From: Lytechinus pictus
Lineage: Eukaryota
NCBI RefSeq assembly: GCF_037042905.1
Contig: NC_087251.1
Coordinates: 25,050,001-25,114,000, forward strand
Direction: 5' to 3'
DNA length: 64,000 bases
The notes beneath the pieces were generated by a model. It was not told the DNA's origin and ran no database searches. It saw only the letters and a list, made by a program, of their open reading frames with translations. Each line of letters begins with the position of its first letter. The stretch's first letter is position 1. Shown here piece by piece: positions 56,901 to 64,000 of the stretch. Made by a program: the position numbers and the translations under genes.

Positions 56901-59572
56901 GAAGACATCGTTGCTTTACACGGCATATGATGGCCGCATTCGTCTCGGGTACCTGTCGCCAACAATCAAGGGTTTCTTGTGGATAGAATGGTGAAAAAAA
57001 GAAGGATCAAATACGTGGATAAATATTTGGTGATTGCCAGATGTATTGTTATTGTCCTAATTGATATGACTCAGAAATACTTATACAGTGCCAGAGAAAA
57101 CAAGTGTATCTTGACGTAATCTTCAAGTATCCCTCCTCGTTTATACAGGTAGGCATGGGGTTTCCAATATATGTTTCGTTTACAGCATCTATTATTTCAA
57201 ATAAAATAAATGGGAAAAAAATTAAGAACATCGTCTCACCGTCACTCTGAAGTGTTTTATGCCACAGAGTAACTCTGCATTCGTTCAGGTCACCGATGTT
57301 AGCACAGTGAGGTATCTCTAACTGCAAAGGTTTCAGAAGCGGTCTGTGGTAGTTGAAACTCCGACATTCGACGACGTGGGCGCTGTAAGCATTGATGCCA
57401 GGTAGGTCGTTACCGTTGAACACTGGGCATTCCCGCTGATGTGGTGTCACAGAAATAAAACATTTATTCTCTTTTGGAGTGTCTATGGCTCCGTGTGGAA
57501 TCCTAAGACAGAAACCAAATGCCTTCACGCATGTCCCATGACCGTCCACCTTTGTGCAAATGATCGGTACGACGTCCATTTCAATGTACGCAACTTCCTC
57601 GTTCTCACTCTCGCTCGATGCATCAGGGAAGTCATCGTCGTCGCTTTGTACATCGCTATTTTGTCGGTCGATACTTGGGACGTAGCCAGGAAGTGTCTCC
57701 GCTGGCCTAGACAGATACAGAAGGAAAAAAGAAACATTTTTGTCCAATAATACTACCTTTAAAGCTAATTAGGAGAAAGCAACAGTTTACAAGACATTAG
57801 ATTATTGCCAGAAACTGAACGGGGTTGGATTAACTTTAGTACATCTCACCTTGGCATGACTGGTGGTGGAACGTCGTCAGAACTCGGTCTGAAGATGGGT
57901 TGGAGATATCCTTGTGAGTCTCTGTCAGAGACATCGGAGCTTATTCTCCTAGCAGGTGAATGGGAACGTGGGCTTGGTATCGGTGGATCAAGTAATGGAA
58001 CCGAAACTTGCGAGGTAACCCGACGCTTGACTTCGGGCTTCGGAACTTGGGGCTGCGGAACTTCGGGTTTTTGTACATCAACCTTGGGGACGTCGGGCAA
58101 GGAGTCCTTCGTTGATCTCGAGTTCAATTGTACCTTGGTTGGAGGACATGGTAAAGGGTTTCTACTAGAAGGCCGAGGCGGTGGTTGCGGCCGAGCTATA
58201 GAACAAAATGAGGATCAAGTCGAAATCCATTTGACATTGGAACAAATACACCACAGGACATAACAATGTAATGTAGAAACATTTTCTTAAATTTACATGT
58301 ATAGAGTTTCAGTACTTTAACACAGACTATGTTAGAGGTTCTACTTCTATGTGATTGGGAGAGCTAAATAGTCCACCTTCTTGAGGTTCGTTCAGTGTAC
58401 TGGAGCATAACTGTTTAAGTTAACTTCTGACGGGCCAAAAGCACTTTGGAAGTTAAAAGATCATCTTGAGTACATGGGGGGGGGGGGTAAAAGAATGATG
58501 AAGGACCTTTAGGCTGTTAAAGTAAAATAAATGTGGAAGTTATTGGATGTAGTTAAGAAACATGAAGCACGATACTAGTAATCAATTCCACTTGCGTATA
58601 AAATCGCGTACATACCTTGACACTTGTTTGGATTACACGCCCTAAAGAGGGCTCGATACCAGGCTTGTCTCTCTGATTCGGTATCTGCGCTGAAAGTGAA
58701 CACCCTTCCAGGGGTCTTCAGAAGAAAATGAAAGCCACCCTTGGGCCATTGAGGATGATGATCACCGGTCATTATCAATGAAAAACCGTCAGTGTGGGAA
58801 CCTAGTCTCACTACCTTGATTGGGTTAGCGTCCTGTCAAAAGAATCCATGATAAATTTTATTTGAAGTATTGTGGTATAAGATGATCTTTGTTTTAAGAA
58901 TTATATAAACGCGCCAAAATAACAATATATTCTTTATTTCATCTTTCAAGTAAGTTTAAAAACATAGTTCGGTTAATAATTCAAATGTATATTTCATTCT
59001 TTTTTTATATTTTACGTTTACATGCAGCCTTAGAACGGGATAAAAGGGTGAAATAAACATTATACAAATTCTTGATATTCATGAAATAATCGAACTCGTG
59101 AGTAAAATGTGAGCATCGAATACATTGATAAAAATTAACAATTAATTATGTATGAACATTATGAATGTTAGTGATTCATCCCAAATAGTTAGACATTATT
59201 CTTTCGTTCAGACAAGACAGACGTATTTTTTCACACTTGGATGAAAATAGAACTGTTCAAGTCTGTGCGAAAATGCCTAATTTTTTCAAATAGAAATTAA
59301 TAGGAATCTAGAATTATAGTCGAGACCAAACAATTTTTGGAACCCATTTCTTCCTCATTCAAATAGAAGACAAACCCCAAGAGGGATTAATATTCAGCGA
59401 TTGTTGCTACTAACTAAACGTGGCACAATATACTTACCAGCTCATTGTTGAAGTACATTAAGCTTTTACCGTAAAGGATACACCATCTTCTCCTGAAAGC
59501 CCGCCTAGCAGAACTATCAGTCTTCTGTAAAGAGCCTTCCAAGAGAATTTCATGGTTCAGATTTTGGAGAAT
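50440..59572 (-). CDS. PH - Pro-rich - ZU5 - UPA - death domain protein (UNC5-like cytoplasmic module); exons complement(59438..59572, 58616..58832, 57850..58195, 57240..57706, 56734..56975, 56169..56315, 55679..55840, 50440..51078); 5' end probably upstream
   Basis: Eight exons with GT-AG boundaries and consistent phases (0,1,2,1,0,0,0) give 784 aa plus stop. Recognisable PH, ZU5, UPA and UNC5-type death-domain motifs appear in that order. Confidence 0.82.
52960..54045. repeat. (AGT/GGT/AGC)n microsatellite interrupted by two about 200-bp MITE copies (about 53076..53278 and 53440..53641)
   Basis: Direct inspection; MITE ends TACACTC.AAAAACA ... TTT.AG.GTGTA. Confidence 0.9.
55679..55840 (-). 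CDS. UPA domain exon (TVPQKKLWQSPFTMLVVKF...FLAD)
   Basis: CAG/GTAAGT boundaries; 'IPxxxIW' UPA-like motif. Confidence 0.8.
56169..56315 (-). CDS. UPA domain exon (NIEEKEFNAGAVLSDVSTSFSIQRDGSDLSLTLHDI...)
   Basis: CAG/GTGAGT boundaries; resembles UNC5 UPA 'ExExxLGGxL...LxLSLHD'. Confidence 0.8.
56734..56975 (-). CDS. ZU5 C-terminus / UPA start exon (ETLDCWRQV...LHLGSYTFLLDG...KAMQMAIF...HIYLFNN...VWT)
   Basis: AAG acceptor after a pyrimidine tract; aligns by eye to UNC5 'QLGTYVFTGE...KRLQLAVF...LRVYCL'; different frame from the ORF-track entry. Confidence 0.8.
57240..57706 (-). CDS. Acidic linker plus ZU5 domain exon
   Basis: VDGHGTCVKAFGFCLRIPHGAI...SAHVVEC...LLKPLQLEIPHCA is a ZU5 signature; TAG/GTGAGA boundaries. 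Confidence 0.9.
57850..58195 (-). CDS. Proline-rich linker exon (RPQPPPRPSS...DSQGYLQP...PPPVMPR)
   Basis: TAG/GTGAGA boundaries, phase 1 to 2; overlaps ORF 57846..58127. Confidence 0.85.
58616..58832 (-). CDS. PH domain C-half exon (DANPIKVVRL...FLLKTPGRVFTFSADTESERQAWYRALFRAC)
   Basis: FxLxTPxRxFxFxAxxxxExxxWxxAL PH C-terminal helix; CAG/GTATGT boundaries. Confidence 0.9.
59438..59572 (-). CDS. PH domain N-half exon (ILQNLNHEILLEGSLQKTDSSARRAFRRRWCILYGKSLMYFNNEL)
   Basis: EGxLxK...RRWCxL...LxYF is the PH beta1-beta3 signature; CAG/GTAAGT boundaries; not in the ORF track. Confidence 0.85.
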
Positions 59573-59889
59573 CTGTGCAGAGTTTCAAAATAAAATTGTT
59601 TGCTTCAGAACCAACGTCTCTACTTTTACGGGTAATGTTCATAATGTGCATTTGTCCTAGCGATGTCAGTCTGAAACGGCTTTGTAAAATTCTGTTGTCA
59701 GACTTGTGTCTGTTTTGTCTTGTCTGCATGATGTTGGTATGTTGTCTTATGTCCGTCTGGTTTCTGTTTTTTTTTTCTGTTTGTGGTAACTCCCGTAGGA
59801 ACTCGGCAGGACAGCATTTTTTTTGCGGGTAAACGCCAAGCTGGTATATAACCAATTACCTTGGAAACATTTTACGTCTAGGTTAATCA

Positions 59890-60027
59890 GTCATAGTGGC
59901 TGACGTAATAGACGACAGATATCACTCTTGGGCCTTTTTATCAAAGTGGAGACAATGGCAGAGTTGGTTTTCGAACTCACAACCTTGCGATTATGAGTCC
60001 AATGCTCTAACCACTGGACCACACGAC
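59890..60027 (-). mobile_element. tRNA(Met)-like SINE head / tRNA pseudogene
   Basis: GTCGTGTGGTCCAGTGGTTAGAGCATTGGACTCATAATCGCAAGGTTGTGAGTTCGAAAACC: A box, CTCATAA loop and B box, but the stems do not close properly. Confidence 0.65.
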
Positions 60028-60037
60028 TAGTCGATTT

Positions 60038-62421
60038 CAGGGGCGGAAATCTCTCCCAGAAGGTAGGGGGGACACAGGTGCGGATCAAGCCTTCGCCAAT
60101 AGGGGGGGGGGGGCGGAAATTTGTTTCAGCCATATTTTCCCCGATCGGCAGCTCGAAGATGATTTTTGTTTGTTTCTTTGAAGGGGTAGTCCTCATTAGT
60201 CACTTCTTAGCTTAATTTATTCTCATAAATTGATATATAATATCATAATCCTTATTTATATGATGCGAGCGCGAAGCGCGAGCTAATTTTTTGGAAATGT
60301 TATGTATTTTTTCATAAAATTTGAACATTCTGGGCAATGTTTGTTATTCTAAAAAGATGTGTATGCAACTTAATAATTACTACGAACGCAAAGCGCGAGC
60401 AGAAATGAACTGATGGAAAAGATACCTGTTAAAGTAGCATTTAACAATCAAATAATGCGAGCACGAAGTGCGAGCTAATTTTTTTTTTACATTTTGACCT
60501 AAAGAATGGAAATTCTAAGCACTTTTTGTAACTAAAGCAGAATAGGTATACAAGTAAACAATTGATGCGAGCGCGAAGCGCGAGCGGAAAATTTCGAGAT
60601 TTAGTCCTATAATATTTACTGAACGAGACACTCTATTCATGTTTTGTAAATCATGAAAAGGATGAGAATTAATAATGCGAGCTCAATACGCGAGCAGAAA
60701 ATTTTTATATACGTTTTCAACTGGTACCTGTTGAAAAGGGAAATGTTAAGGACTGCTTGCACTTAGCCATGAAGGCGTTACATATTTCAACAATAAAAAA
60801 ATGAGAGCGCGAAGCGCGAGCTGAAATTTTTTTGAACTTTCTAAAATAAGAATGGAAAATTTTAATCAGTTTTTGTAATCGTGAACAGGATAGCTATATA
60901 ATTTAATAATTGATGCGAGCGCGAAGCGCAAGCAGAAAAAAAAATCGAGATTTAGACCTAAAAATGGGCCACTCTGTTCATGTTTTGTAAATCATGAAAA
61001 GGATGAGTAATATGGGGTCTTCCTACATTAATAATGCGAACACAAAGCGCGAGCCGAAAATTTTTGATATTGTGATCTGAAACTGGATAATGATTTAAAT
61101 AGAGAACAAGTTGAGTATCTGAATAAACATAGGCATTCTAAATACATCTTTAATCATGAAAATCAGGAAACTTTGATATTCTGATCTGAAAAAGTAAATT
61201 TCAGCTTTATATTTCAAGCACTTTGTAAAAAAATTGTAAGGTGGATATGGATTGCACTTAAAAAAGTGTTGATATTTTTATTATTATTACTCTGAGTTTT
61301 GACATAGGACCGGGACATCCATACGACATGTCATCATATGAAAATGATGACTATCTTCCTATTCCTCTTGCTAAGCGAGATGAAACAAAAGGGACAATTT
61401 GATTATTAAATTAATATCATATTTATTAATGCCTAATGAGGGCGCAAAATCTGATGATATTATGGCATAAAAACTGAACATTTCACTTTTGTAATTATGA
61501 TTAAGATGCATCAGTTAATATATTTTCAACCATTAATGCGAGCGCAAATCGCGAGCTAAATTTTTTAATAAACTGTCATGAAAAGGGGATTTTAAGTAGT
61601 TTATTGTATAATCAATATTGAAACATAATTATATAAGTCGCCAATCAAAATGCGAGCGTGCAGCGCGCTAGCTGATACGTCTTAACAATCAGACCTGCAA
61701 AGGGCTATTTTGAAAACTTTATGAAATATACGAAAATAATAGGTACCTGATAAATCAAAATTTGCGAGCGCGCAGCGCAAGCAGCAAATGTTAATATTCA
61801 GACCATAAAACTGACATTTTTACAGAGCACTTTAAAAAAATCAATTTGTAAATCACACAAAATAATGAAAGTTCGATTTCCGAGGTGAAATATGTTTTGT
61901 ATATTGACTTCCAAACTTGACATTCGAGCTCCATATTGAACAAGATATGTAAATCAACTAACAGGCAATGCGAGCGCGAAGCGCGAGCGAAAATTTTATA
62001 TAGTGGCACGAAAGATTCTTTTTATTTTCCAAGTCTTCCCCTCATCTTATTTTATGCATTCGTCGTCCTTCTCTTCTTTTTCTCCTCTCTTTTCCCTCCT
62101 TTATTCCTTTCTTCTTTCCCTTTTTCTTTTTTTTGCTCCGCCAAGAAGAGGGGGGGCGGGCCCCTCGCCCCCTGGTCCGCCTAAGGGGACAAGGGGCGGG
62201 AAAATTTGACAAGCAAAAAAAAAAGGTTATCATCCCAAAAGTAAGGTCATCTCGTCCCAACTCGTCCCCAAATACATGTTTTATTTCGATTTAGAATGCT
62301 GTATTTCTTACCATCATAAAAGACCAAAAATAGTAGGGGGGACATTTGATATTGTGTCCCCCCTACTATTTTGAGTAGGGGGGACACGTCCCCCCTGTCC
62401 CCCCTGGGATTTCCGCCCATG
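60038..62421. mobile_element. hAT-like non-autonomous element with a nested element (about 60075..62185) carrying about 12 GCGAGCGCGAAGCGCGAGC-like motifs
   Basis: TIR CAGGGGCGGAAAT ... ATTTCCGCCCATG; perfect 8-bp TSD GTCGATTT (60030-60037, 62422-62429). Confidence 0.85.
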
Positions 62422-62569
62422 GTCGATTTGACAGTCCCATAGGCTCAATACACCAACCTAGAAAAGTTCTTTCCGATGAAGTTTTTTTCTTGATTCGTGT
62501 TCCTATGGGGTCCTAGAACAAATTCAGCTTGGTTGCCCAAAGTTGCCGTTTGGGCAATTTTGCTAATTT

Positions 62570-63100
62570 GCATAAATCCAAAATGGCCGCCAGATGCCAT
62601 CTTAAAAACTTAACTTTTGAACCCCTTGCCCCAAAATGATGAGTAATGACTCTTTTTAGGGGTTTAGGAGTGTGTAGAATCCATTTCTATAATCATTTTT
62701 GCAATATAAGGTCATCTTCAGGTCAAATCAAAGATGGCCGCCAGATGCCATCTTGAAAAATTGACTTTTGATCCCCTTGCCCCATAATGACGAGTAATAC
62801 CTCTGTTTAAGGGTTTTGGGGTGTGTAGAATCTCTTTCTGCTATCTATTTTGCAATATAATGTCATCTTCAGGTCAAATCCAAGATGGCCGCCAGGTGAT
62901 ACCATTTTGAAAAAAAATTACTTCTGAACCCTTTGTTCAAGAATCATGAATAATACCTCTTTTCGTGAGTTATTTGATATGTTGATTCCATATCTGTTAA
63001 TAATTTTGCAATATAGGATCATTCAGATGAAGAAAAAAAAAGATGGCCGGTAAACGCCATATGAAAAAAAAACTATCCCCCGAGACTATTGAACCTTGAA
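62570..63100. repeat. Degenerate tandem repeat of about 150 bp (4 units) with AA(A/G)ATGGCCG(CC) cores
   Basis: Cores at about 62580, 62731, 62882 and 63040, most followed by ..CCATCTT.AAAA..ACTTTTGA.CCC. Confidence 0.75.
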
Positions 63101-63281
63101 GAAGTACTCTCCCCAAAATCGGACATGCTGTCCTAAAGAGATTACTATTATGTGTAGGAGCTCATGTAAGGGTATTTCAGTAAGAATGATTCATTTCTTT
63201 TAATTTCTCCATTTTCAGTGGTCAATAAAGTAAGGTCTGATATGGTAAGATGGTTGATATATTTTGTAATTTACCGCTCAC

Positions 63282-63359
63282 CTTGGAATGAAACCATTCA
63301 AGGTTTGGGCTATGACCTATTTCGGGAGTTCTCATAGTTATTTTTTTATGTCCAGCCAT
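63282..63359 (-). CDS. Candidate first coding exon of the PH-ZU5-UPA-DD gene (MAGHKKITMRTPEIGHSPNLEWFHSK)
   Basis: AATATGG Kozak-like ATG, 26 open codons, strong AAG/GTGAGC donor, phase 0 matching the acceptor at 59572; no homology support. Confidence 0.45.
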
Positions 63360-63469
63360 ATTTTTCTTGTGAAAGGACTTCAAAGTATTATTTTTAACTA
63401 AATAGTGATTTCTCAGTATTTTTCAGAAAATCTGTTAACTTATTACCTTCCTTTATAATTACCATTGGA

Positions 63470-63822
63470 CTTTTCGTCCTGACAAAAGCCTTTGACTTGG
63501 TTGCACGAGTGTACTTTTTAGCCTCCTGTAGAAGACAGGCTCCCCAAGACTGATCCATGGTCATATCATTCCATGTCAACAGTTTGCTACAATACTGGAA
63601 CATCTTGTAGCTTCCCTCAGTTCCTGTGAGCAGTGGCGTGAATCAATTAGGCTGCGCCTGGCCCTGACACTCAGGATCTTCTTCTCCATGCTTCCCCAGT
63701 ATGCACTTGGCGAATGCACAGAATGCATCTACCTATCCGTACCAGAGCAGATGGGAAACTCTTCAACATCGACCGGCTACGTGCCAAAACAATGGTCAGG
63801 ACGGTTCTCATTCGTGAGATGT
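63470..63822 (+). mobile_element. Decayed RTE-clade LINE reverse-transcriptase fragment
   Basis: Frameshifted peptides LTKAFDLVAR, MVISFH, PVSSGVNQ.GC, IFFSML, RTRADGKLFNIDRLRAKTMVRTVLIREM, typical of RTE/BovB RT up to just before the FADD motif. Confidence 0.85.
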
Positions 63823-64000
63823 CGCCCCTGCCTTTCATAAAGAAGCTGGAGTAGGCCTACAAGACCTAGTCATACAGCCGCCTGTTTTTTGCATGTAGGC
63901 CCCTACATGATGGAAGGAGTTTGAATGACCCATCAGCCTGTAAGACAGAAATCCTGATCGACTCAAGACACTGACTGTCCTCCAGATATCTCTATCAACA

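Noticed and set aside
56759..56965. ORF-track peptide MLATGTRDECGHH... using the CAG acceptor at 56953
   Set aside because: It hits a stop before the donor; the alternative frame from the AAG acceptor at 56976 is open to the donor and resembles UNC5 ZU5/UPA.
59550..59870. ORF 59550..59855 or ATG-TTT-CCA-AG/GT at about 59860 as the start of the PH gene
   Set aside because: Out of frame or wrong phase relative to the PH exon.
59960..60027. Functional tRNA-Met gene (also tRNA-like heads at 2320-2392 and 6540-6605)
   Set aside because: Acceptor and anticodon stems do not pair fully and the sequences continue into SINE-like bodies.
60260..61990. CRISPR-like repeat-spacer pattern of GCGAGCGCGAAGCGCGAGC
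   Set aside because: Spacers are long, irregular and mutually related, and the array is enclosed by transposon TIRs and TSDs.

Overview
AT-rich, intron-containing animal genomic DNA. The repeat families suggest a marine invertebrate deuterostome, plausibly a sea urchin (inference only). Two convergent multi-exon genes can be assembled by hand from splice signals and frame continuity. (1) On the + strand, a tau-tubulin kinase (TTBK, CK1 superfamily) has 11 coding exons from 6258 to 37399 (about 2321 aa). It includes a 28-nt micro-exon for the glycine-rich loop and a 5952-nt frame-symmetric giant exon encoding a disordered tail. (2) On the - strand, a gene from about 63359/59572 down to 50440 (about 785-810 aa) encodes PH domain - Pro-rich/Tyr-motif linker - ZU5 - UPA - death domain. 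This is an UNC5-type cytoplasmic supramodule carried on a PH-domain docking-adaptor-like N-terminus. Introns and intergenic DNA hold many MITEs (several nested), tRNA-derived SINEs, an RTE-clade LINE fragment and microsatellites. TTBK intron 1 also contains a 39 x 67-bp satellite whose unit is the tRNA-like (A-box/B-box) head of a SINE. No prokaryotic features (CRISPR, operons) are supported. All gene models are manual, with no RNA or database confirmation.
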